Positions 39,301 to 49,391 of a stretch of DNA of 64,000 nucleotides are shown in pieces. The stretch's first letter is position 1, and the number at the start of each line of letters is the position of its first letter. The stretch comes from Alphaproteobacteria bacterium (GTDB lineage: Bacteria > Pseudomonadota > Alphaproteobacteria > GCA-2731375). Below the pieces are notes generated by a model. The model made no database searches and had not been told where the DNA came from. It saw only the letters and a list, made by a program, of their open reading frames with translations. Position numbers and translations under genes: made by a program. The stretch is from assembly GCA_965225945.1 (NCBI GenBank), contig CBDDBZ010000034.1, positions 32,001 through 96,000 on the forward strand. Reading direction: 5' to 3'.

Positions 39301-40269
39301 TCACCCCTCGGCTCGGGTGCTAAGCCCCAGGTGGGCCTCCACGGCGGGCAGGACATGGGCGATGTAATGATCAGCGATCTCCTCCCCCGTCGCCCACCAG
39401 ACGTCGTCGTGCCCCTTGATATAGCTGAGCGCGCGGTCGAGATGGCGGATGCGGTGGGGCTGGCCGTAGAGATAGGGGTGGAGCGCGATCGCCATCACCC
39501 GCCCGCTCTCGGCGCCCTCGGCGTAAAGGGTGTCGAAATGGTCGGTGATCATGCGGGCGAACTCCTCGCCCTCGGTGTGGCTGCGGTATTCGATGGAGTC
39601 GTTGATATCCATCGAATAGGGCACGGTGATCAGCTTGCCGGTGCGAACTTTCATCGGGAAGGGCTGGTCGTCGTGGTACCAGTCCGAGCAGTATTTGATC
39701 CCCGCCTCGGCCACCAGATCGGGGGTATTCAGCGTGAAGGAGGCGGCCGGCCCGAACCAGCCGGCGAGCTGGCGCCCGCTCGCCCGCCGGAGCACTTCGA
39801 CGCAGTCCTGGATGACCTCGCGCTCCTCGTCTTCGGCCAGGCCCCAGAGATAGCGCGTGTTGTAGATGCCGTGGCAGAGATAGTCGTAGCTCCGCGCCTC
39901 CATCGCCTCGAAGATTTCCGGGTAGTGCTCGATGACCGAGAAATTGAGCGAGACGGTGCAGCGGATTTCGTGCTTGTCCATCAGCTCGAACATGCGCCAG
40001 ACGCCGACCCGATTGCCATAATCCCTGACGCCGTAGCCGAGGACGTCGGGGTGCGGCGAGCGCGGCCACGGATCGCGCACGTTGGCATGCACGGGGAGGT
40101 ATTCGTAATGCTCGATATTGGGCAGCACCCAGACCGCGAGGCGGGCATCCCCGGGCCAGGTGATCTTGGGGCGGTCGCGAATCGGCGAATAGACGATGCG
40201 GTCGGGCTCCATGCCTATTGGCTCCTGAATACCGTGGGTCGGGCGATCGTAGAGGCGCGGTTGGTCCAT
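39301..40269 (-). CDS. Polysaccharide deacetylase family protein (PuuE-like)
   Basis: PNIEHYE, RDYGNRVGVWR, HG, GWFGP, DWYHDDQP and LHPYLYGQPHR motifs. Confidence 0.88.
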   Translation of the reverse strand: MDQPRLYDRPTHGIQEPIGMEPDRIVYSPIRDRPKITWPGDARLAVWVLPNIEHYEYLPVHANVRDPWPRSPHPDVLGYGVRDYGNRVGVWRMFELMDKHEIRCTVSLNFSVIEHYPEIFEAMEARSYDYLCHGIYNTRYLWGLAEDEEREVIQDCVEVLRRASGRQLAGWFGPAASFTLNTPDLVAEAGIKYCSDWYHDDQPFPMKVRTGKLITVPYSMDINDSIEYRSHTEGEEFARMITDHFDTLYAEGAESGRVMAIALHPYLYGQPHRIRHLDRALSYIKGHDDVWWATGEEIADHYIAHVLPAVEAHLGLSTRAEG

Positions 40270-40572
40270 CGCAACGCGACGCGATCGTCACGCGAAGCGA
40301 TCGACGCGGTGGGGGCCGGATAGATCTCCAGCGTCTCGCTGGCGATCGGTCGGTGCCTTGCCTGCCACGGCCCCTAGACGCTCGGCGATCAGGCGATCGC
40401 GGAGGTCGACGGAGTGGTGAGCGCGGCCTCGCAAGGCGAGTTCTCGGTGGCAGGGGGAAAATCCGTTTCGCAAAAATGGCATTTCTGTCGGTGAAATTGA
40501 TCATATTCTCTCTAGCCATTGGTGTATCATCGCCATAATCACCGATATGGCCCCAGAATTAGTGATTTACTC

Positions 40573-41795
40573 CATGGTACACGACGGCATTTACGTAGGA
40601 CGTTGAAAAGGTTGTAGGATTCCCGATTCACTCCACGACGAGTCAAGAGGGAAATCATGCGAGACAACCCGATCAACGCCCTGCGTGAGACGCTGCGATG
40701 CGGCTTCGCCTTTCGCAAGAGCCGTCTGGAGAGCCTTTGCGTCTTGGTCTTCGGCGTGTTCGTCGCCCGGACGGTGAACCTCTCTCACTTGGCCTGCCAC
40801 TTTCCGGGGCGCGCGCGATCCAGCTCCAACTATCGGCGCCTGCAACGGTTTTTCGAGCAAGTCGATTTCGATTACGATCGCCTCGCCGAGTTCCTGGTCG
40901 CGATGATGGGGCTCCAGGCGGGGCCGTGGCGGCTGACCATGGACCGGACCAACTGGCGGCTGGGTCGCCGCGACGTCAACATCTTGATGATCGGCATCGT
41001 CAACCGCGCCATCGCCATTCCCGTGTGCTGGCGGGTGCTCGACAAGGCGGGCAATTCCAATACCAAGGAGCGGATCGCGATCCTCGAACACGTCCTCCGG
41101 CTCTTCGGGGTCGACAAGATCGCCAGCCTCCTGGCCGACCGGGAATTCATCGGCGACGCCTGGCTGGCATGGTTGCAGGAAAAGGCCATCCCCTTTCACA
41201 TCCGCATCCGATCCAACATCAAGATCGCCAACACGCGTGGTCGCATGGTCAAGGCGAGGGAGCTGTTTCGCGACCTCAAACCCGGGGAAAGCCGCATCCT
41301 CTCCAACGCCAGGCGCCTCTCGGAGGCCAGAAAACCCAAGGCCAGGCCCGTCTTCGTCGCCGCGCTCCATCTCAAGACCGGCGAACTGTTGATCGTCGTG
41401 ACCAACGACGCGCCCGAGGAGGCCTTGGCCATCTACGCCCAGCGCTGGCAAATCGAGACCCTCTTCGCCGCCTTGAAAACCCGTGGCTTCAACCTCGAAG
41501 ACACCCACATGACCGACCCGGAGCGCATCTCCAAGCTCACCGCCGTCCTTTCCATCACCTTCTGCTGGGCGCACAAAGTCGGCGATTGGCTCCACGAGGC
41601 CGAGCCGATCCGCCTCAAAACCCACAAAAGGATGGCAAAATCCATCTTCCGATACGGTTTCGAGTGGATAAGGCGACAGCTCGTCAATCCTATCGACAGG
41701 CGTCAAGCCATTGAGCTGATTCGTTTCCTCGTCCCCGGAAAACCACCAGTCCAGGTGCCCAGGCCAAAGCCAGCATGAACGAGTCGTGTACTGTG
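40573..41795 (+). mobile_element. IS4-family insertion sequence (ISAba1/IS10-group-like), 1223 bp
   Basis: Ends CATGGTACACGAC and GTCGTGTACTGTG; 9-bp target duplication GATTTACTC (40564-40572, 41796-41804); intact transposase. Confidence 0.93.
40657..41778 (+). CDS. IS4-family DDE transposase
   Basis: YRRLQRFF, DRTNW, ADREFIG and Y..RWQIETLF..LKTRGFNLEDTH motifs. Confidence 0.93.
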   Translation: MRDNPINALRETLRCGFAFRKSRLESLCVLVFGVFVARTVNLSHLACHFPGRARSSSNYRRLQRFFEQVDFDYDRLAEFLVAMMGLQAGPWRLTMDRTNWRLGRRDVNILMIGIVNRAIAIPVCWRVLDKAGNSNTKERIAILEHVLRLFGVDKIASLLADREFIGDAWLAWLQEKAIPFHIRIRSNIKIANTRGRMVKARELFRDLKPGESRILSNARRLSEARKPKARPVFVAALHLKTGELLIVVTNDAPEEALAIYAQRWQIETLFAALKTRGFNLEDTHMTDPERISKLTAVLSITFCWAHKVGDWLHEAEPIRLKTHKRMAKSIFRYGFEWIRRQLVNPIDRRQAIELIRFLVPGKPPVQVPRPKPA

Positions 41796-42037
41796 GATTT
41801 ACTCACACATCCTGGCGCCGTCAGATGGATCGAGGCCACGAAGGCGAACGGAACATTCGTGGCGGAGGCGGTCGAGCGGCCGAGCCTGTCGCCGTCGATG
41901 CGATATGGGCGCCTTCCGGGCGGGCGCGGGGCGATCGGCCCATGGCCTTGCCGCCGGGTTGGCTCGACGTCGGGAGTTGGGGGTATAGTGCCCGTCAGGC
42001 CAGTGCGGCCACTTATGGGACTCTTAGCCAAGAGCCG

Positions 42038-42434
42038 ACATTGGCGCCACCGAGAGAGGTCAAGCATTTATCGCTGACCTAGCTACGGGAGAAGTTAGTT
42101 AAAATCGGCGCCAAGATCGCCAGCCACGGGCGCTACGTGACCGTCCAGATGGCCGAGGTCGCGATTCCACGGCGACTGTTCTCGGAAATCCTGCGATTGA
42201 TCGACAGCCTGCAGCCAAAGCTCGCGCCGACGTGAATCGAGGCGCAGCAGGAGACGATGCCAATCAACAAAAGGACTATGTCTAGATGACGGGGAAACGA
42301 CGAAAGCTGGCCGTTCGCAAGCAACTGGCGGTCATTCGCAGTCGAATTTGCCGGGGATGGCTGTCGTGCCTCACGCTCTGGTCGTCAAATCGCTTGCATT
42401 GGCTTTCTAACGGGCGCCAAATGGGAAATCTTGG
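42038..42434 (+). pseudogene. IS1380-family transposase 3' remnant with probable right end
   Basis: TLAPPREVKHLSLT*LREKLVKIGAKIASHGRYVTVQMAEVAIPR (to 42235) matches the IS1380 C-terminus. ATGGGAAATCTTGG near 42421-42434 resembles the terminal repeat. Confidence 0.8.
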
Positions 42435-42512
42435 TTGAGGTCCGTTCGAGGGCCTGGCGCATCCAGCCGTTCACGACGCCTCCAAGGTCAGTCCTCACAA
42501 GGGGAGGTGGCT

Positions 42513-42797
42513 ATGAGATTTGCAAATATAGGTCTGTTGGGGGCTCTCGTTGCTGTTGGTTTTACAGGCCTAACGGCAGCGGAGCCCACTATACTGAGCG
42601 AAGATCAGATCAAAAATACGATCGCTGGTAACACGCTTTCGGATGGTTCCAAATGGGCAGAGCACTACGGGGCCAACGGCGTCATCGCGCGCAAGTCGTA
42701 CCGGGGCGAGTGGTCGGTGAAAGATAGCACAGTATGCTTCGACTACGCGGGCACGAAGTACGATGGCTGCTACCAGATGGCCGTAGAGGGTGATTAG
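42513..42797 (+). pseudogene. Exported small beta protein (DUF995-like), premature amber
   Basis: Strong RBS, signal peptide, LS..QI...IAGNT and G.W.V....VCF.Y motifs. The frame stays protein-like past TAG 42795 (VRLY...GNPKNL). Confidence 0.6.
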
Positions 42798-42890
42798 GTC
42801 CGCTTATATTCCAACGAGGGTGAGCTGCAACGGGATCTCAGCCTGATAAAGGGAAACCCGAAAAACCTAACGCCGGCCCACGCAGGCGGG

Positions 42891-43277
42891 TTGATCGACA
42901 AAACCTTTTTCGGCGGAGTCGCCATCAAGGGCTACGACCCGGTCGCCTATTTTACTGAAGGGCGACCGGTGAAGGGATCGGCCGAGTTTGCCAAAGAATG
43001 GTTGGGCGCGTCATGGCGCTTTGCCAACGCCACGCACAGAGACGCTTTTGACGCTGACCCGGAAAAGTACATGCCCCAGTTTGGCGGGTACTGCTCAAAG
43101 GCGATGTCCGACGGCTTTGTGAAAAGTCTCGACCCGGACGCTTGGCGAATTATTGACGGCAAGCTCTGCGTCTTCGCTTCGAAGAGAGGGCGGGACAACT
43201 TTGCGAAAGACATCCCCGGCAGAACCGCCAAGGCCAAAGCCAACTGGGTAAAGATCAAAGCCGACCTGTTGCAGTAG
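42891..43277 (+). CDS. YHS domain-containing protein (Cys form), lacking its own signal peptide/start
   Basis: AIKGYDPVAYF, WRFAN, P.KY.PQFGGYC and DP.AW.I.DGKL motifs. Confidence 0.8.
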   Translation: MIDKTFFGGVAIKGYDPVAYFTEGRPVKGSAEFAKEWLGASWRFANATHRDAFDADPEKYMPQFGGYCSKAMSDGFVKSLDPDAWRIIDGKLCVFASKRGRDNFAKDIPGRTAKAKANWVKIKADLLQ

Positions 43278-43318
43278 CCAGCCGCTTGATGTAATCGGCG
43301 ATGTAAGGGGCCACATCG

Positions 43319-43340
43319 TCCCGCACCTTATGGTGCGGGA
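43319..43340. terminator. Hairpin between convergent genes (possible terminator)
   Basis: TCCCGCACC-TTAT-GGTGCGGGA, a perfect 9-bp stem, but no U-tract. Confidence 0.35.
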
Positions 43341-45445
43341 GAGTGCCGCAACCGTGCAGCGGTCATGTCTCCACCAGCCTGGAGACAGCGGTCCCTTGGC
43401 TCCGACGCGCCGCGTGTCCCAGTACTCTTACGCCTGCCCCGCGATGACGGCGGGCCATTGATCCAATTGAGTAATCCTCGCTGATAAGCTGACGCGCGGG
43501 CGGGCGGCGTCACTTCGGCACGGAAAAATAAACAATGCGAAACACGCTCACAATGATATACTCGTTTCTTTCTTCGGGCGTTCCGTCCGGATTCCTATAC
43601 AGATGGCTACAGTGTTTTCGCCCCATAAGGAACGCTGAGTATTTCTGGCAAAACATGCCTCGCTCGACCGAAGCGAAGCCGCTTAAATAGTGTGATGGAT
43701 CACGGTAGGCGACCGTTCCGTCTTCGCTGAGTTGCTTCACAAATGGCACACCATCGCCGCCGTATCCCTTCCACGTCCGACCAAAGGTCACTGTCTTAAT
43801 CGCGTTTGTGTCGAGACGGTCTTCCGCTCGTCCCTCAAAGCCGAAAGGCCATTTCGGCATGCCCGCCTTGCGCAGCGCCTCGATGCGATGGTCAAGGTCC
43901 TCCCTGCGCTTATGGTACGCATAGAAAAGCCGCATATAAGCCAAGTTCACCCAGGGCCGTTTCTTGAGTATTTCGTTGACCTCGGCCCTTGCTTCATCCA
44001 GCCGCGCCAGTTGGGCGTAAGCCATTGCAAGTTGTTCATGAACAGCAGCGTTCGTCGGCATGGCCTCCCGAGCCTTCTCCAGCTGTTCCGCCGCCCTCTC
44101 ATATTGGCGGTCCATGAACAAGATCAAACCGGACAGAAGGTTGACACCGGGGGGCGGTCTCGGATTCAGTCGAAGTGCTGTCTCCATCGCCGCGACCGCC
44201 TCGGTAGGCCTACCGGAATGGGTGAGCACGAGGGCAAGGTTTATATAGGCCTCTGCGTCATTGGGATCGAGGGACACGGCTTTTCGCGTGGACGTGATAG
44301 CTTCGTCGTACCGACTGTCCACCATTTGTAGCATCCCGAGCACGGAATACGCCCCCGGAATGTTGGAGTCCAGCGCGAGCGCCTGAGCCGCTGCCTGTAA
44401 GCCCTTTTACGTGCCACGGGGCCGGGCAACAGCCAATCCACGTCGAGGCGCCAGACATCGACCGCTACCCGAGCGTAGCCTGCGTAAGCATCGGCAAACT
44501 TCGGGTCGAGGGCCAGCGCCTTTTCGTAAAGCGACAGAGCATCCGCGAGCCCCTCGCCGTCGTAGCTATAGGCGCCTTGTTTGGCGCGTAAGTAAAAATC
44601 GTACGCCTCAAGGTTATCGGTTGGCTTGCGCCGGAGCTGCGCTTGCTCGCTGTCCGTCAGGTTCAGCGCCAATGCGGCAACGATCTTCTCGGTCACCTTG
44701 TCCTGCAAGCCGAAGATATCGGCGAGCGATCCGTCGTAACGCTCCGCCCAGAGGTGCCCGCCGGTGGTGGCGTCGATGAGCTGGGCGTTGATGCGCACCT
44801 GATCGCCGGCGCGACGCACGCTGCCCTCGAGCACGTAGCGCACGCCGAGCTCCTCGGCCACCTGGCCCACCTTCACCGCCTTGCCCTTGTAGGTAAAGAC
44901 CGAGTTGCGGGCGATCACGAACAGGCCGGAGACCTTGGAGAGATCGGTGATCAGGTCCTCGGTCATGCCGTCGGCGAAGTACTCCTGCGCCGGGTCGTCG
45001 CTCATGTTGGTGAACGGCAGCACCGCGATGGAAGGTTTGTCGGGAAGCGGATGGGCCATGCGTTCGACCGAGGCCGGCTCCACCGTCGCTTGCCAGGGGC
45101 GCAGCCACAGACCGACACCCGCAAAGGCGATCAGCAGGACCACAGCAGCTGCCAGCGCCATTCGCTTCCATGATTGCGTCGCTCGCTTTGTTTCGCCGAT
45201 GATCTTGCCAGCCGCCTCAGGCTCAGTCAGTACGCGATAAACCTGGATCGGCTCGGCGATGTTCTTGACCTCGTGCTCGCCAAGGAATTCGTAACCCAGA
45301 TCGAGCTGTTTCTTGACCTGGTCGAATACCGACCGTGCGAGGGAGATACCACCAGGGTCGGCAAGCGTTTCGAGACGCGCCGCAATGTTCACACCATCGC
45401 CAAGCAGGTTATCGCCCTCGACTATCACGTCACCAAGGTTGACAC

Positions 45446-46200
45446 CTTGCCTATCCGGTTATCACCCACACCCACTATATGTAGTGTGCACCCATTTTCC
45501 TGAGTAAAGCTCGGTGCAGGTCGAAGCGGAGATATCTCCGGCGATGCCGAGCAGGGACTCGGACGGCATTGTAGCGCCTTTTAGGCGACACTTTAGCGTG
45601 GTGGAAATCCTAATCATTGAGTCGGATTTGGCAAAACGCCACGTTGCATAAAGGACCGTCACTTCATTGAAATTTATCTGAAATCGGAGGTGAACGACAC
45701 CGATGGAATATTCCAGGGAATCAGAGCTTCATTGAATTGTAGGATTCGAGTGCCGGATTATTCACAAATAGCTCTGTGAACTGGTTTTCAAGTTCGCTCA
45801 ATACGTCATATGAAGTAAACGGATTGAGGATCACGTTCTTGCGTGTCGCTTCGTCTTCGCTGCGACTCAAAACGCGCAGGAGACTAACAGGCGCGGACGG
45901 GTTCTTCGCAACGATTCGTGCCAGCGCGTCGCTTTCTTCGACTAGTGCCGTCAATCGCTCAGACGATGTCGTTTCATCAGCAGCTTCCCGTCTGGCCGTG
46001 GGTTTCTTCGTTTTTCCCTTGGTCGCCACCGTTCCGTCCCCCGATGTTAAGTACGTGACGTGAATTAAACTCCGGTTCGGTTTTCAGAACAATCAAGAAT
46101 TAGCCGGATCGCCTCCTCAATGCGCCTGCGCCGGCCCTTGCCTGCAGTCCAAGGAGACACACTACATATAGTGGGTGTGGGTGATAACCGGATAGGCAAG
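45446..46200. mobile_element. Non-autonomous transposable cassette (MITE/MIC-like, IS1595-family ISSod11-type ends) with a passenger gene
   Basis: Perfect 43-bp TIRs (45446-45488, 46158-46200) starting CTTGCCTATC; 8-bp duplication GTTGACAC (45438-45445, 46201-46208); no transposase inside. Confidence 0.88.
45721..46029 (-). CDS. Small passenger protein with LRV/HEAT-like repeats
   Basis: Repeated VA.NP..P..LL..L pattern (VAKNPSAPVSLL, VILNPFTSYDVL, FVNNPAL); GTG start with a purine-rich RBS. Confidence 0.6.
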   Translation of the reverse strand: MATKGKTKKPTARREAADETTSSERLTALVEESDALARIVAKNPSAPVSLLRVLSRSEDEATRKNVILNPFTSYDVLSELENQFTELFVNNPALESYNSMKL

Positions 46201-46725
46201 GTTGACACCTATGCGAAGGCGCATGCGCCGGTCTTCAGGTAGATCGACATTGTGAACTTCAAGTTCGCGCTGAATATCGACCGCACAACGCACCGCCTCG
46301 ACCGGGCTCGCGAACTCGACGACGACGCTGTCGCCGGCGCTACCGAACACCCTGCCATGATGGCTCGCGACCAGCCCTTCTATGATCTCTCGGTAGGTGC
46401 TTAGCGTGCTGACAGTCGCTTCCTCGTCAGCCTCCATGAGCCGGCTGTAGCCGACCACGTCGGCGGCCAGGATCGCGGCCAGACGGCGTTCGACGCGCTC
46501 GGGTGCCACTGGGACATCTCCCACAGCGACGGACGAATTAGCTCTTGGAATGTTAGCAGCGGGCCTCGATGAGACCAACCGGCAATGTCCGAGTCGGGTC
46601 AATGAACGAAACCGCTTTCAGCGGTAGTTCGTGGTGCCGGGCGGTGAGGTCGGTGGCGTAACGGATGGGTCGATCCTGTGTTGAGGTTTGGAGTTCCGAA
46701 GCTCACGCAACACGGGAGCAGACCC

Positions 46726-47631
46726 ATGACCGATAGTGACAAGACCATCAGCCCGCTGCGCCAGCGCATGATCGACGACATGGTGCTTCGCGGCTTCAGT
46801 GCCAACACGCAGCGCGGCTACATCAGTGCGGTGGCCGGCTTTTCCGACTTTCTCGCACGCTCTCCGGATCGGGCGGAGGCGGAGGATCTCAGGCGCTATC
46901 AAGTGCATATGCGCAAAGCAGGCGCATCGGCGACGACGATGAACGCGGCGGTCTCGGCATTGCGGTTCTTCTTCGGCGTCACGCTCGGCCGAGGCGACGC
47001 CGAGATCGGCATGACGACGGTGGCAATGCCGCGCAAGCTGCCGGTGATCCTGAGCGTCGAGGAAATGGCGCGGCTTCTCGATGCCGCCCCCGGTCCCAAA
47101 TACAAGGCGGCCTTTTCGCTGGCCTATGGCGCCGGCCTGCGCGCTTCGGAGGTGGTCCATCTCAAGGTCCCGGACATCGACAGCAACCGCAAGACGCTTC
47201 GCATCGAGCAAGGTAAGGGCCGCCGAGATCGCTACGCCATGCTCTCGGATCGCGCCGTCGAGCAGCTCAGGGTCTGGTGGTTGCTTGGCCGCGCCCGCGG
47301 CGTGATGCTGCCCGGCGGTTGGCTGTTTCCAGGCCAGAACCCGGTCAACCCGTTGACCACCCGCCAGCTCCGTCGCGCCCTCGATGGCGCCAAGGCGGGG
47401 GCGGGGATCGAGAAGCGGATCTCGCTTCACACGCTGCGCCACTGCTTCGCCACCCATCTCCTCGAACAGGGCGTCGACATCCGCGTGATCCAGGTTCTAC
47501 TGGGGCACAAGAAGCTGGAGACCACGGCTCACTACACCCAGGTCGCCAGCACCACCTTGCGGCGCGCCAAGAGCCCACTGGACCTGCTCGAGCCGCCGAC
47601 GCCCAAGACCAAGCGCAAGCCGCCGAAGTGA
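46726..47631 (+). CDS. Tyrosine recombinase/integrase (SAM-like N-terminus)
   Basis: SPLRQRMIDDM.LRG, catalytic R (YGAGLR), K (GKG), HTLRH.FATHL, LLGH and Y (HYTQ) all present. Confidence 0.92.
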   Translation: MTDSDKTISPLRQRMIDDMVLRGFSANTQRGYISAVAGFSDFLARSPDRAEAEDLRRYQVHMRKAGASATTMNAAVSALRFFFGVTLGRGDAEIGMTTVAMPRKLPVILSVEEMARLLDAAPGPKYKAAFSLAYGAGLRASEVVHLKVPDIDSNRKTLRIEQGKGRRDRYAMLSDRAVEQLRVWWLLGRARGVMLPGGWLFPGQNPVNPLTTRQLRRALDGAKAGAGIEKRISLHTLRHCFATHLLEQGVDIRVIQVLLGHKKLETTAHYTQVASTTLRRAKSPLDLLEPPTPKTKRKPPK

Positions 47632-48361
47632 GCCGGCGGCCTCGGTGCCGCGTCCCGCGCTCGAGGTCCAGGACATCTTCCGCGACCACGGGCCCGGCTT
47701 CCGTCGGGCCCGGGCCGGTCGTCTGAGCCTCGGCCAACTGAAGGTCATGTCGGCGATCGAGTGTTGCCGCACCGCCGCGCTCGGCGGTCATGTCGCGGCC
47801 TGCGAGGACTGCGGGCAGAACCACATCGCCTACAATTCCTGTCGCAACCGCCATTGTCCCAAATGCCAAGGCCAGGTCGCGCGCGAATGGCTGGCGGCGC
47901 GAGAGGCCGAACTGCTCTCCGTCCCCTACTACCATCTCGTCTTCACCCTGCCAGCGGCGATCGCCGACATCGCCTATCAGAACAAGTCGGTGATCTACGA
48001 TATCCTGTTCAAGGCGAGCGCCGAGACCATGCTCACCATCGCCGCCGATCCCAAGCATCTCGGCGCCAAGATCGGCATCACCGCCGTGCTCCACACCTGG
48101 GGCTCGGCCATGACCCACCATCCCCACATCCACATGATCGTGCCGGGTGGCGGAATCTCACCTGACGGTAGCAGTTGGATCTCTTGCCGGCCCGGCTTCT
48201 TCCTGCCCGTCCGCGTGCTCTCGCGCCTCTTCCGCCGCCTCTTCATCGAGAAGCTCCTCGCCGCCCACGAGGCAGGGCGCCTGAAGTTCTTCACCGACCA
48301 CACCAGCCTCGCCGAGCCGGCGGCCTTCCGTGTCTTCCTCGCACCGATGCGCAAACAAGAA

Positions 48362-49391
48362 CCTGATTACGCACGTCACTCAGCCGACCAGGTGTGGTAC
48401 AAATCATGAACCTTTGGCGGTTTTTCAGGGAGTTCACGATGTCACGCAACAAGGTTCAGTTCCAGTAGGGGCTCAGCGAGCCGCGTTTCCGTGAAATGTA
48501 CGGCACCGAGGAGCAGTGTCGCGAGGCCCTGTTCCGCTGGCGTTGGCCGGAGGGCTTCTCCTGCCCCCGATGCGGTGCCACGCGCCATTGCGAGATCGCC
48601 GGGCGAAAACTTTACCAATGCGCCGCCTGCCGTCATCAAGTCTCGCTGACCGCCGGCACGCTCTTCCACGCGACCAAGCTGGCGCTGACCCTGTGGTTTT
48701 CGGCGATCTATCACATGACCCAATCGAAGAAGGGGATCTCCTCCATCGAACTCGGCCGCCGGCTCGGCGTCACCCAGACCACGGCCTGGAAGATCAAGCA
48801 GAAACTGATGCAATCCATGCTCGAGCGCGACGCCAAATTGCCGCTCACCGGGCGGGTGGAGATGGACGACGCCTACCTCGGCGGCCGCCGTTCCGGGGCC
48901 AAGCGCGGCCGGGGCGCGCCGGGCAAGACGCCGTTCGTCGCCGCCGTCCAGACCACGGCGGAGGGCCAGCCCGTGCGCATCAAGCTGCGCCGCGTCAAGG
49001 GCTTCCGCAAGGCCGAAATCGCCAAGATGGCCAAGCGCGACCTGAGCCCCGGGACGAGCGTCTTCAGCGACGGGCTCAACTGCTTCACCGCGGTCACCGC
49101 GCAAGGCTGCGCCCACCATCCGATACCCACCGGCTCCGGACCAGGGGCCGTCGCCGTGCCGGCCTTCAAATGGGTCAACACCACCCTCGGCAATCTCAAG
49201 AACACCCTGCGTGGCACCTACCATGCGATCCGGCCCAAACACGTTCCGCGCTACCTGGCGGCGTTCCAATACCGATATAACCGCCGCTACCGGCTCGCCG
49301 ACATGATCGAGGCCCTCGGACGCGACGCCCTGCGCACGCCCCCCATGCCATATCGGCTCCTCAAATTGGCTGAGGTTGATGCGTAATCAGG
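48362..49391 (+). mobile_element. IS1595-family (IS1595 group) insertion sequence, 1030 bp
   Basis: IRs CCTGATTACGCA...CTCAGCC and GGCTGAG...TGCGTAATCAGG; 8-bp TSD AACAAGAA (48354-48361, 49392-49399). Confidence 0.94.
48439..49386 (+). pseudogene. IS1595 transposase with an amber at codon 10 (restart possible at 48496)
   Basis: MSRNKVQFQ*GLSE, Zn ribbon CPRC/CAAC, VEMDDAY.GG, SDG, WVNT.LGNLK and GTYH motifs. Confidence 0.85.

Larger units (their letters stand above)
43510..46509 (-). pseudogene. Class III adenylate/guanylate cyclase-TolB-like-TPR protein interrupted by a 755-bp insertion and a frameshift
   Basis: ERRLAAILAADVVGYSRL...RIGVNL (46509-46201) resumes GVNLGDVIVEGDNLLGDGVNIAARLE below 45445. 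LPDKPSIAVLPF is present. 1-bp frameshift at about 44396. Confidence 0.92.

Noticed and set aside
40288-40400. Possible C-terminal remnant of a DAO-family gene (LIAE...HRVDRFA*), sharing TCACGCGAAGCGATCGA with 50508-50524, as an island-bounding direct repeat
   Set aside because: The match is 17 bp of a common C-terminal coding motif and the rest is too degenerate. It cannot be supported as an att or TSD without alignment.
42891-43277. YHS protein as a selenoprotein
   Set aside because: The GGYC position is a Cys codon (TGC); there is no in-frame TGA.
45459-45467. DnaA box in the cassette TIR (TTATCACCC)
   Set aside because: Three mismatches to TTATCCACA.
46726-47631. Integron integrase with a cassette array
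   Set aside because: It lacks the IntI-specific insertion, is paired with an IS91 transposase, and no repeated attC sites were recognisable.
8480-48468. Four in-frame TAG codons (8480, 42080, 42795, 48466) suggesting amber recoding or pyrrolysine
   Set aside because: TAG is the genuine stop of several intact genes here (e.g. 4978, 20206, 43275). The affected genes carry other lesions or are IS-derived, and no pyl genes or suppressor tRNA are seen.
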